Assembly: GCA_016932735.1 (NCBI GenBank)
Contig: JAFGCI010000006.1
Coordinates: 36,167-100,166, forward strand
DNA from: Candidatus Aenigmatarchaeota archaeon
GTDB taxonomy: Archaea; Aenigmatarchaeota; Aenigmatarchaeia; QMZP01; QMZT01
DNA length: 64,000 nt
Direction of reading: 5' to 3'
Shown here in pieces: positions 10,325 to 18,598 of this stretch; the first letter of the stretch is position 1, and each line of letters begins with the position of its first letter. The notes below the pieces were generated by a model. It did not search any database. It saw only the letters and a program-made list of their open reading frames with translations, and was not told the DNA's origin. The translations under genes were made by a program, and so were the position numbers.

Positions 10325-11272
10325 ATGAACAAAAAAGGAAGTTTAGCCTTAGCAGGAATCATTGCGGTGGTATTGATTCTTGCTGTAGGTTTGTTCGCAC
10401 TTGCACCGGCAACCAATGCGGCAAAACCGGAATGCTCAGATAAAATCGATAATGACGGCGACGGAAACGTGGACTATCCGGCAGACGCGGGTTGCACAAG
10501 CAAACAGGATAACGATGAATCCAACTGCGGAGACGGCGTCTGCGAAGGTGGGGAAACATGCGCTACATGTGTAGCAGACTGCGGACCATGCGATTCCTGC
10601 TCTGATACGGACGGAGGTATTACAATCACAACATTCGGGACAACATCAGGATACTACGGAGGCAGTTCTTACAGCAACGACGACTACTGCGTCGATTCAG
10701 GCAATGTAATGGAATACTATTGCAGCGGAGATTATGAGCAAAGTTCACAGCAGAGCTGCGGTACAGACGGCTATGGAGGACTTTACTGCGCTGCAGGCGA
10801 CGAAGTGTATAAGGATTACACAGACTACTTCTGCGCTTCAGGAAAATGCGACAGTGACGTAACTCCTGTATTCCAGGAAGACTGCGACGACAATGACGCA
10901 TATGGAGCCAATTACTGTCTGAACAATACAGTATTCAGGGATTACAGCAACTATTACTGCAGCAATGGTGCATGCGACTTCACAACAACTCCGGAATTCG
11001 TTGAAGCATGCGAGGAGCCATATGTATGCATGTACGGACAGTGCATGATGCCGAATTCATGCTCTGACACTGACGGAGGATTCGTACCACCCACTACAGG
11101 AACAGTAAGCGGATACTATATGGGAAGCCCTTACAGCAATACAGATTATTGCGCTGACAGCACGACACTGGTAGAATACTGGTGCGGAGGAATCTATGCA
11201 GGCAATAGTCAGGTATCTTGCTATGATCCCGGAAACTCCACAACGATGTGTTTAAATGGCGCATGTGTTTAA
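10325..11272 (+). CDS. secreted/membrane-anchored cysteine-rich protein with internal duplication
   Basis: N-terminal hydrophobic signal/anchor (LALAGIIAVVLILAVGLFALA). A 'DNDGDGNVDYPADAGC' stretch resembles a Ca-binding motif. More than 30 Cys. The module 'CSDTDGG...T(T/V)SGYY(G/M)GS.YSN.DYC.DS....EY(Y/W)C.G' occurs twice. Confidence 0.7.
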   Translation: MNKKGSLALAGIIAVVLILAVGLFALAPATNAAKPECSDKIDNDGDGNVDYPADAGCTSKQDNDESNCGDGVCEGGETCATCVADCGPCDSCSDTDGGITITTFGTTSGYYGGSSYSNDDYCVDSGNVMEYYCSGDYEQSSQQSCGTDGYGGLYCAAGDEVYKDYTDYFCASGKCDSDVTPVFQEDCDDNDAYGANYCLNNTVFRDYSNYYCSNGACDFTTTPEFVEACEEPYVCMYGQCMMPNSCSDTDGGFVPPTTGTVSGYYMGSPYSNTDYCADSTTLVEYWCGGIYAGNSQVSCYDPGNSTTMCLNGACV

Positions 11273-11365
11273 AATAAAACCATTTTTTCTTTTTTCTTTT
11301 AATGTTATCAAAATTTATTTCTGATTATCTTATCTTATTATCTGAAATGGCCGAAATGACCTTTT

Positions 11366-11956
11366 ATGATAAAGCAATATCAGGAATATCAGAACTTCGG
11401 AGAGCAGTATACTACGGCTTTGTCTCTGCTTGAGTCAAATCCTCGGAGCGGTGCAATCCTGTTTCTCAGGAACAGTCCTCTAGCAAATTTTTTCATGATT
11501 AGGAAAGGTCTTAAGGATGGGTATGATATTTCGCCGATAGCCGCCACGCATCCAATAACATATTACGAGTCGCAGATAATCGGAATGGATCCTGTTGATA
11601 TATTCCTGAGATATTTAAGAGGGGGCTTTACTGCTGAAGGAAATTCAGAAAACGCTGTTTTCGGCGACCGTGGTTTTGAGTGTCCAATAACGTGTTGCCG
11701 TTCCAAGAAAAGGGGATTCGAGGGGGACAAATTATACCTTAAAATAAGAAGAGGATTCACTCCGGAAAGAGGTCCTAAACTTCTTGGAGAAAAAAATAAA
11801 ATCTTCATAGAAAGCGCGACTCCTGAAGATGTCGAAGGCATTCTGGAGCTGGGGTGGACAAGAGTAGAGGACAATCATGCAGAAAGACAAACAAGGATGA
11901 TGTATCTTGAAAAGTATTTTCCGATCGCCAGAGAAAAGATAAAAATCTTCAGATGA
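11366..11956 (+). CDS. hypothetical protein (196 aa)
   Basis: ORF only. Confidence 0.5.
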   Translation: MIKQYQEYQNFGEQYTTALSLLESNPRSGAILFLRNSPLANFFMIRKGLKDGYDISPIAATHPITYYESQIIGMDPVDIFLRYLRGGFTAEGNSENAVFGDRGFECPITCCRSKKRGFEGDKLYLKIRRGFTPERGPKLLGEKNKIFIESATPEDVEGILELGWTRVEDNHAERQTRMMYLEKYFPIAREKIKIFR

Positions 11957-11958
11957 TG

Positions 11959-12411
11959 TCAGTCTCCGTGCAGGACTATCAGTGACTGTGTATTATCTAT
12001 CCCTTCTATCAGCTGAATCCTCTCCAGAAGTATCCTGTCATATTCCTCGACGTCCTTCGCCCTGACGAAAGCAATTATATCGGTTCCTCCCGAGACTATG
12101 TGAACCTTTTCGACATTTGGGATTCTGTTCAGCTCTTTCACCACATCATACTGGCTCATGTGTTTTTCTTTCAGGACCCGAAGGTTTGCCGAGATCAGAA
12201 TGTAAGCTGAGAATCCCCTGCCGGTTTTTTTGCTGTCAATATCAATCGTATATTTCCTTATCACACCCTCCTTTCTCAGAGACTTTATCCTGTTATGGAT
12301 TGTAGTCGGCGGAAGAAGGGTCTTCTTCGAAATCTGCCTTGTCGTGAATTCGCCATGCTCCTTTAAGACTTCAAGAATCTTCCTGTCCTTTTCATCTATT
12401 CTATATTCCAT
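11959..12411 (-). CDS. Lrp/AsnC family transcriptional regulator
   Basis: N-terminal HTH 'IDEKDRKILEVLKEHGEFTTRQISKKTLLPPTTIHNRIKSLRKEGVI' and a C-terminal RAM domain. Start set at the internal Met (MEYRIDEKD). Confidence 0.8.
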   Translation of the reverse strand: MEYRIDEKDRKILEVLKEHGEFTTRQISKKTLLPPTTIHNRIKSLRKEGVIRKYTIDIDSKKTGRGFSAYILISANLRVLKEKHMSQYDVVKELNRIPNVEKVHIVSGGTDIIAFVRAKDVEEYDRILLERIQLIEGIDNTQSLIVLHGD

Positions 12412-12516
12412 AATGGAATATATGTTCCATAATTTATTTAAATCTAACACGAAATGGAACTATTGTCCATATTTTATGGAATATGTTTATCTAATATACC
12501 GGATAATAACCTTCTC

Positions 12517-13047
12517 ATGTTCAGACTGCACCCGGAACAGGGTTATGTTCATGAGATTGCGGGCACGTATGAAATCAAGACTGATATGAGGTATCATACA
12601 GTTCCGACCAAAACATGCGACGAGAAGGCAGCCTTGCTGGGCTGGCCTTCCAGCCGTGTCGTTAAAGCACTTTATCTTTGTGATGGGAATGGTTATATTG
12701 GTTTAGTGACGCCTGAAACAGGACAGCCTATAGACTTCAGGGCTGTTCTCGCTGAAGGCCTCGGGATCACAAAGAACAAGGCAGGCAGATACAGGTTCAA
12801 CGGAACCCCGGCGGGAATGACATACGGGACCTGCACCCCTTTCATACTTGAATCAAGCGCGGGAAAACAGGTTTCTAAAATAATCATTGCCGACCCGTTC
12901 AGCCTGAAAGATACTGTTGTTGACATATCCGTCGGCGGGGAAACCGATGATGCATTCCTGACATCCATGCACATTCCATACGATGCCATACATGAGATAC
13001 TTTACAGGAAGTTCGGAGAGGGTTTTGTGAAAAAACAAGAGCAGTAA
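12517..13047 (+). CDS. YbaK/ProX-like aminoacyl-tRNA deacylase domain protein (tentative)
   Basis: Pattern resembles YbaK ('GTPAGMTYGTCTPF', 'IIIADPFS', 'DISVGGETD'). Start uncertain; the ORF track begins at 12454. Confidence 0.45.
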   Translation: MFRLHPEQGYVHEIAGTYEIKTDMRYHTVPTKTCDEKAALLGWPSSRVVKALYLCDGNGYIGLVTPETGQPIDFRAVLAEGLGITKNKAGRYRFNGTPAGMTYGTCTPFILESSAGKQVSKIIIADPFSLKDTVVDISVGGETDDAFLTSMHIPYDAIHEILYRKFGEGFVKKQEQ

Positions 13048-13116
13048 AACTTACTCTTTCTTACCTATTTCTCTAATTATATTTTCAAAAATCCAAATGT
13101 TTATAAAGGTGCTAGA

Positions 13117-13164
13117 ACAACAATATATTGTTAAATTCTGGGGGGAAGACACAACATATTGTGT
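13117..13164. promoter_or_regulatory. two tandem NrdR-box-like palindromes upstream of nrdR-nrdD
   Basis: The first box is acaacaatatattgtt at 13117-13132; it contains the perfect 14-bp palindrome aacaatatattgtt. The second is acacaacatattgtgt at 13149-13164. The second matches 15/16 of the consensus acaCwAtATaTwGtgt as I remember it. The box centres are 32 bp apart. An archaeal TATA-like tttataaa sits at 13100-13108. Confidence 0.6.
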
Positions 13165-13207
13165 TTTTTCATTCCTAAGTAACACAAATCATTTTTCTGG
13201 TGTTAGC

Positions 13208-13672
13208 ATGAAGTGTCCATATTGTTCCAGTCAGGAATCGAAGGTCGTTGACAAGAGAACTTCCGAGACTTCTGATGCTATCAGAAGACGAAGAGAATGC
13301 CTGAAATGCGAGAATCGGTTCACTACTTTTGAGCGCGTTGAAAGGGGAGACCTCCGCGTCGTCAAAAAGGACGGAAGAAGGGAGCAGTTCGACCGCCAGA
13401 AACTCCTTGCAGGAATTAACAAGGCATGCGAAAAACGACCGGTGACGGCGGAGCAGATTGATGATATTGTTGATAAGATTGAAGCCGACCTCAGGAAGAA
13501 GGGGGAACAGGAAATACCAACCACAACAATCGGCAACACTATAATGAAGCATCTCAAGAAGCTGGATAAGGTCGCATACATCAGGTTCGCTTCTGTCTAC
13601 AAGGACTTCGCGGACCTTGAGGACTTCGGCCGCGAAGTCGATAAATTGATAAAAAGGCCTGCATCGCAGTAG
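13208..13672 (+). CDS. nrdR: transcriptional repressor NrdR (zinc ribbon + ATP-cone)
   Basis: 'MKCPYCSSQESKVVDKR...CLKCENRFTTFERVE' zinc ribbon followed by an ATP-cone ('VVKKDGRREQFDRQKLLAGINKAC'). Start taken at the internal ATG at 13208 (MKCPYC). Confidence 0.85.
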   Translation: MKCPYCSSQESKVVDKRTSETSDAIRRRRECLKCENRFTTFERVERGDLRVVKKDGRREQFDRQKLLAGINKACEKRPVTAEQIDDIVDKIEADLRKKGEQEIPTTTIGNTIMKHLKKLDKVAYIRFASVYKDFADLEDFGREVDKLIKRPASQ

Positions 13673-13682
13673 CGATCGGGGA

Positions 13683-15791
13683 TTGGAATTGAGATTAAAT
13701 AAGAGAAAATACATTGAGAGGGAGAGGAAAATGGGACTTGAAAAAATCAAGAAAAGGGACGACAGGATTGTTAAATTCGATAATGATAAAATAAAGAACG
13801 CGATAATGAAGGCTGTCAAGGCGGTCGGCGGCAAGGACGAGAAATCCGCCGAACAGCTTGCAACCCAGGTCATAACGCTTCTTAAGAGAAAATTCAGGGA
13901 CCAGATTCCTTCTGTTGAAGATGTCCAGGACATGGTCGAGAAGGTCCTGATAGAGAACGGCCATGCAAAAACGGCGAAGGCTTTCATACTATACAGGGAG
14001 CAGAGAGCCGCTGTCAGGGATGTCAAGAAGCTTTTATCGGACACTGAGATTGTTGATGATTACCTCAAGGAAACGGACTGGCAGGTCAGGGAGAACTCTA
14101 ACATGAGCTACTCTCTTCAGGGATTGAACTCCCATCTGTCATCCCAGATAATATCAAATTACTGGATGAGCAAGTTATATCCGAGGGAAATTCAGGAAGC
14201 CCACAGGACAGGGGATTTCCACATTCATGACCTCGGCGTCCTCGGCGCATACTGCGTCGGGTGGGACCTCCGCGACCTTCTCATTTCAGGATTCAAGGGA
14301 GTCCGCGGAAAGATTGAGTGCAGGCCGCCCAAACATTTCCGCGTGGCGCTTGGGCAGATTGTGAATTTCTTTTATACACTGCAGGGAGAAGCCGCGGGAG
14401 CGCAGGCTTTCTCGAACTTCGATACATATCTTTCGCCTTTCATCAGGGCGGACAACCTTGATTTTAAGCAGGTCAAACAGACACTCCAGGAATTTATCTT
14501 CAACATAAACGTCCCTACCAGAGTTGGATTCCAGACACCTTTCACCAACATAACGCTTGATCTGATCGTCCCCGCTAACATAAAAGATGATGCAGTGATA
14601 ATCGGCGGGAAGATGACCGAGACGACCTATGGGGACTATCAGAAAGAGATGGACGTCTTCAATGAGGCCTTTGCCGAGGTCATGATGGAAGGAGACGCCT
14701 CCGGAAGGGTCTTCACATTTCCCATACCGACTTACAACATCACAAAGGACTTCGACTGGGACAGCCCCAAGTACAAGGGCATTTGGGAAATGACTGCAAA
14801 ATACGGAATACCGTATTTCTCGAACTTCATAAATTCCGACATGAAGCCGGAGGATGCAAGGTCTATGTGCTGCCGCCTCAGGCTTGACAACAGGGAACTG
14901 CGAAAAAGGGGCGGAGGCTTATTCGGAGCCAACCCATTAACAGGCTCAATCGGCGTCGTGACAATAAACATGCCGAGGCTCGGTTTCCTTTCAAGGAACG
15001 AGAAAGAATTCTTCGCAAGGCTCGACAGCCTCATGGACCTTGCAAAGGAGAGCCTTGAGATAAAGAGGAAAATAATAGAGAGCTTCACTGACAAGGGCCT
15101 TTATCCATACTCAAAATTCTACCTGAGGGCGACAAAGGATGCGACCGGGTCCTACTGGACTAACCATTTCTCGACAATCGGTCTGGTCGGCCTGAACGAG
15201 GCCGTCATGAATTTCATGGATGCTAACATCGCAGATGAGAATGCAAGGAAATTCGCCATCAAAGTGCTTGAGTACATGAGAGAAAGAATATCGGGTTATC
15301 AGGAGGCGACAGGCCATATATACAATCTGGAGGCTACGCCGGGAGAAGGAACTTCCCACAGGCTTGCAAGGCTCGATAAGAAGCTCCATCCTGAAATTGT
15401 CGTTGCCAATGAATACAATGTAAGGAAGTTTGGAGCTGCTCCTTACTATACGAACTCAAGCCAGCTTCCTGTCAATTACACGGATGACATTTTCACAGCG
15501 CTTGACCTGCAGGAAGAGCTTCAGACAAAATACACAGGAGGGACGGTCCTCCACGGTTTTGTCGGGGAGAGAATGCCGTCGCCTGAGGCAACGAAGATGC
15601 TCGTGAAAAAGATTGCGGAGAACTACAAGATACCGTACTTTACGATAACGCCGACATTCTCGATATGTCCGAAGCACGGATATCTTGCAGGCGAGCACAA
15701 GTTTTGTCCGAAGTGCGACGAAGAGATTGGATATGTGAAAAAACCGGTTGCTGCCAGCGAGCCCGTCAGGGCAGTGGCAGAAGTCAAATAA
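13683..15791 (+). CDS. nrdD: anaerobic ribonucleoside-triphosphate reductase (class III, NrdD) large part, lacking the glycyl-radical motif
   Basis: N-terminal ATP-cone (KRDDRIVKFDNDKIKNAIMKAV), a central class III core (CCRLRLD) and C-terminal Zn site 'CPKHGYLAGEHKFCPKC'. There is no RVxGY glycyl radical motif before the TAA at 15789-15791. Confidence 0.9.
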   Translation: MELRLNKRKYIERERKMGLEKIKKRDDRIVKFDNDKIKNAIMKAVKAVGGKDEKSAEQLATQVITLLKRKFRDQIPSVEDVQDMVEKVLIENGHAKTAKAFILYREQRAAVRDVKKLLSDTEIVDDYLKETDWQVRENSNMSYSLQGLNSHLSSQIISNYWMSKLYPREIQEAHRTGDFHIHDLGVLGAYCVGWDLRDLLISGFKGVRGKIECRPPKHFRVALGQIVNFFYTLQGEAAGAQAFSNFDTYLSPFIRADNLDFKQVKQTLQEFIFNINVPTRVGFQTPFTNITLDLIVPANIKDDAVIIGGKMTETTYGDYQKEMDVFNEAFAEVMMEGDASGRVFTFPIPTYNITKDFDWDSPKYKGIWEMTAKYGIPYFSNFINSDMKPEDARSMCCRLRLDNRELRKRGGGLFGANPLTGSIGVVTINMPRLGFLSRNEKEFFARLDSLMDLAKESLEIKRKIIESFTDKGLYPYSKFYLRATKDATGSYWTNHFSTIGLVGLNEAVMNFMDANIADENARKFAIKVLEYMRERISGYQEATGHIYNLEATPGEGTSHRLARLDKKLHPEIVVANEYNVRKFGAAPYYTNSSQLPVNYTDDIFTALDLQEELQTKYTGGTVLHGFVGERMPSPEATKMLVKKIAENYKIPYFTITPTFSICPKHGYLAGEHKFCPKCDEEIGYVKKPVAASEPVRAVAEVK

Positions 15792-15805
15792 GGCAAGGTG
15801 ATAAT

Positions 15806-15955
15806 ATGGAAAAAGAAATAACTGAAGAAATGAGAACTAAATGCGAGGTCTTCTCGCGTGTTGTCGGTTACTTAAGGCCGGTCGACCAGTGGCACGACGG
15901 CAAGCAGGCAGAGTTCAGTGACAGAGTGACCTTTGATAAGCAGATAGAGAAGTGA
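15806..15955 (+). CDS. stand-alone NrdD C-terminal glycyl-radical domain (49 aa)
   Basis: MEKEITEEMRTKCEVFSRVVGYLRPVDQWHDGKQAEFSDRVTF contains the glycyl radical motif RVVGY and the NrdD C-terminal pattern N/D-x-G-K-x-x-E-x-x-D-R-V. It has its own SD (aaggtga) and ATG 14 nt after the nrdD stop, in a different frame. Confidence 0.6.
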   Translation: MEKEITEEMRTKCEVFSRVVGYLRPVDQWHDGKQAEFSDRVTFDKQIEK

Positions 15956-15960
15956 CTCTA

Positions 15961-16647
15961 ATGAATATCGGGGGGTTTGTCAAGAACACGCTAATAGACT
16001 ATCCGGGAAAGATGTCGTGCATCATATTCACACAGGGATGTTCTTTCCGCTGTCCCTTCTGCCAGAACAAAGAGCTGGTTGACGTCCCCGATGATGCAGA
16101 ATCCATAAAGGAGTCATACATCTTTTCATTTCTCAAAAAAAGAAAAGGCTTGCTTGATGCGGTTGTAATAACCGGAGGAGAGCCGACACTTCAAAAAGAC
16201 CTTCCCGATTTCATAAGGAAAGTCAGGGAGCTTGGATTTCTCATCAAGCTCGATACCAACGGATGGGCTCCTGAAATTCTTGAAAGGTTGTTAAAAGAGA
16301 ACCTAATCGATTTTGTTGCAATGGACATCAAGGCTTCAAAGGATAATTATGAGAAGGCGGCAGGCGTCAAAGTAAATATATATAATATAGAGAAGTCAAT
16401 CCGCCTTATACGTTCATCAGGACTCCCATACGAATTCAGGACGACTGTCGTCCCCGGAATCCACGATAAAGACGACATCAGGAAAATGGCTCAGTGGATT
16501 GAAGGCTCAAACCTCTTCCTGCAGAAGTTCGTCCCTCAGAACACGCTTGACCCCGAATACGAAAAGAAGAATCCATTCACTAACAAGGAAATGGAAGAGA
16601 TGAAAAAGATTGCGGGGCAGTTTGTGAATTGTGGGCTGAGAGCTTAA
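15961..16647 (+). CDS. nrdG: anaerobic RNR activating enzyme NrdG (radical SAM)
   Basis: The 'GCSFRCPFCQN' CxxxCxxC cluster and 'VVITGGEPTLQ'. An alternative GTG start at 15952 overlaps the stop of the preceding small ORF. Confidence 0.8.
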   Translation: MNIGGFVKNTLIDYPGKMSCIIFTQGCSFRCPFCQNKELVDVPDDAESIKESYIFSFLKKRKGLLDAVVITGGEPTLQKDLPDFIRKVRELGFLIKLDTNGWAPEILERLLKENLIDFVAMDIKASKDNYEKAAGVKVNIYNIEKSIRLIRSSGLPYEFRTTVVPGIHDKDDIRKMAQWIEGSNLFLQKFVPQNTLDPEYEKKNPFTNKEMEEMKKIAGQFVNCGLRA

Positions 16648-16751
16648 TGTTCGCTTTCTGCCCGAATAGGGCGCAAATAACGAATAAAATTCGTTAAATA
16701 GTTGTTTTTCTCAATAGATTTTTCACTACTGGCTCTTGCTTCAATTGGTTA

Positions 16752-16765
16752 GGAAAACGGGGGGG
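16752..16765. repeat. left inverted repeat aaaacGGGGGGGGG (G9 homopolymer) of cassette 1
   Basis: Perfect reverse complement of 19299-19312. A second shared 12-mer (tagatttttcac, about 16716-16727) lies about 30 nt outside. Confidence 0.7.
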
Positions 16766-16810
16766 GGAGCTATAATACTATTTTATAAATAATGTTTTCA
16801 ATTTTGGAAT

Positions 16811-17683
16811 ATGCCGAAAAGAAATATGTTGTGGATTTCATTTGCTGTCATTTTTTTGATTTCATTTAGTGGGTGTATCCAACAAAACACGAAAGAAAAT
16901 GCAGAATCAATCGCACAGGAATTTGCTATAAATTTACAAAAATCAGACTATGAAAGCTTATATGATTTATTCATACCTGATCTCAAAAGCATGAGAAAAA
17001 AATCAGATTTCGTTAAATATGTGAATATAAAAGGATCGCCACTTGATAACAATTATATAATTTTTGACAAAGTCGTAATGCAGGGAGATAATGAAGCTTA
17101 TGCATATTATACGTTATCAAGTGGCATATTTGAGGCTAAAGTTCCTCCTATGCATTTGATTTTTACGTCGGAAGGTTGGCGTGTTGACGCATTTTCAGAT
17201 TACTTTTCTGCTGGATGCATCATAGATGATGACTGTTCAGCAGATTATCCTCGGTGTAGCAAAAATTTAGAATGTGTAAAATGTGTAAGTGATGCAGATT
17301 GCTCCGATTCGGGAAAGAAGCATTGTGATAGTGTTCTTAATATCTGTCATGAATGTATAGAAGATTACCATTGTCCCAAAGATAAACCAATATGCTATGG
17401 GTTTAGTTGTATTGAATGTAGGAAAAATTCAGATTGCCCAACAGAAACTCCATATTGTAATTATGTGTTAGGCAGTGGTTATGTTTGCAATAATAATCCT
17501 ACCGGGATAGAATGTATAGAGGATGTAGATTGTATCGTACTTTATGGAACAAAAAAGATGTATTGTAATGCGAATGGAAAGTATATTAGATTTACTCACG
17601 AGGATGAATGCATTTATTGCAGAGACGAATCAGACTGTCCTAGAGGAAAAGATTATTGCATTTCAGGTGAATTCTGTGTCTAA
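16811..17683 (+). CDS. putative lipoprotein with C-terminal cysteine-rich repeats
   Basis: Signal and lipobox-like 'FLISFSGC'. The C-terminal half has four 'C-x2-C-x3-5-DC-x5-8-C' repeats (e.g. CVKCVSDADCSDSGKKHC, CIECRKNSDCPTETPYC). Confidence 0.6.
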   Translation: MPKRNMLWISFAVIFLISFSGCIQQNTKENAESIAQEFAINLQKSDYESLYDLFIPDLKSMRKKSDFVKYVNIKGSPLDNNYIIFDKVVMQGDNEAYAYYTLSSGIFEAKVPPMHLIFTSEGWRVDAFSDYFSAGCIIDDDCSADYPRCSKNLECVKCVSDADCSDSGKKHCDSVLNICHECIEDYHCPKDKPICYGFSCIECRKNSDCPTETPYCNYVLGSGYVCNNNPTGIECIEDVDCIVLYGTKKMYCNANGKYIRFTHEDECIYCRDESDCPRGKDYCISGEFCV

Positions 17684-18104
17684 ACTTGGATATAGTGAAG
17701 ATGATAAAAGAAAACACCTTGAGTTTATTCAGTTGGCTATAAACAGAATGGCGGCTAATTCATTTATCCTAAAAGGTTGGAATATTACACTTGTTGTAGG
17801 TCTATTTGCTGTTTCAATAACAAAAAACCAAAATCTTTTTTTAATACTTGCTTTATTACCGGCCATTGCTTTCTGGGGTTTGGATTCATATTATCTGAGA
17901 AAAGAAAAACTGTTTCGTGAACTGTATAACTTTGTAAGGATGAGAGATAAGAGTCTAATAGATCCTTATTCATTGGAGACAAAGGAATTTGAGAAAAATA
18001 TCAAAAGTTGGTTTCATATACTATTTTCACGAACCGTGATAGTATTACATGGCCCCATAATTATATTTATTTTATGTTTTTCTATGATTCTATGGGGTGG
18101 TTAA
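17676..18104 (+). CDS. small 2-3 TM membrane protein (SLATT-like candidate effector), partner of the TIR-like protein
   Basis: It has an N-terminal amphipathic helix (DDKRKHLEFIQLAINRMAANSF). Three hydrophobic segments follow: 'WNITLVVGLFAVSI', 'LFLILALLPAIAFWGL' and C-terminal 'VIVLHGPIIIFILCFSMILWGG'. The stop TAA at 18102-18104 lies 2 nt before the TIR start. Start uncertain (GTG 17676 or ATG 17748). Confidence 0.5.
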   Translation: MSKLGYSEDDKRKHLEFIQLAINRMAANSFILKGWNITLVVGLFAVSITKNQNLFLILALLPAIAFWGLDSYYLRKEKLFRELYNFVRMRDKSLIDPYSLETKEFEKNIKSWFHILFSRTVIVLHGPIIIFILCFSMILWGG

Positions 18105-18106
18105 AT

Positions 18107-18598
18107 ATGGCAAGAAAAGTATTTTTCAGTTTTCATTATGAAAAGGATGCATGGAGAGCTGGACAGGTTAGAAATAGTAATGTCGTGCGTTCAGAAGATA
18201 CTACTGGATTCATAGATGCATCTGAATGGGAGAAAGTTAAAGAGAGAGGACAAGATGCAATTAAGAACTGGATTAATGAACAATTAAAAGGTACTTCGAT
18301 CACAGTAGTTCTAATTGGAAGTGAAACATCTGAAAGGGATTGGGTTAAATACGAACTTCAGAGAAGTTATGAAAAAGGAAATGCCTTTTTGGGGATATTC
18401 ATACATAATCTTGAAGATCAAGAAAAAAGAACAACGTCAAAGGGGGATACCCGATTTGGTGAATTAGGAAAAGATTCTGAAGGTAAATCTGTCTATTTAT
18501 TCCAACTCGCTAAGTTTTACGATTGGAAAAATGATGATGGTTACAACAATTTTACAAAATGGATTGAAGAAGCTATCTCAAACCAAAATGGAAACTAA
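18107..18598 (+). CDS. TIR-like domain protein (DUF1863 / ThsB-like)
   Basis: 'MARKVFFSFHYEKDAWRAGQVRN...ITVVLIGSETSERDWVKYELQRSYEKGNAFLGIFIH' carries the FFSFHY-x-D signature and the 'VLIGSET..R.WV.YE' pattern of Thoeris ThsB-type TIR domains. 163 aa from ATG 18107. Confidence 0.75.
   Translation: MARKVFFSFHYEKDAWRAGQVRNSNVVRSEDTTGFIDASEWEKVKERGQDAIKNWINEQLKGTSITVVLIGSETSERDWVKYELQRSYEKGNAFLGIFIHNLEDQEKRTTSKGDTRFGELGKDSEGKSVYLFQLAKFYDWKNDDGYNNFTKWIEEAISNQNGN

Noticed and set aside
13175-14044. Minus-strand 289-aa ORF and other antisense ORFs across nrdR/nrdD (13231..13581, 13695..13964, 14372..15698)
   Set aside because: Low-complexity S/L-rich translation. The sense strand carries clear NrdR/NrdD motifs.
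15665-15805. 96-aa ORF 15665..15955 as a single gene starting MSEARIS...
   Set aside because: Its 5' part overlaps the nrdD 3' end in another frame. The internal ATG at 15806 with an SD is the more plausible start of the glycyl-radical mini-ORF. The possibility of a frameshift is kept as a finding.
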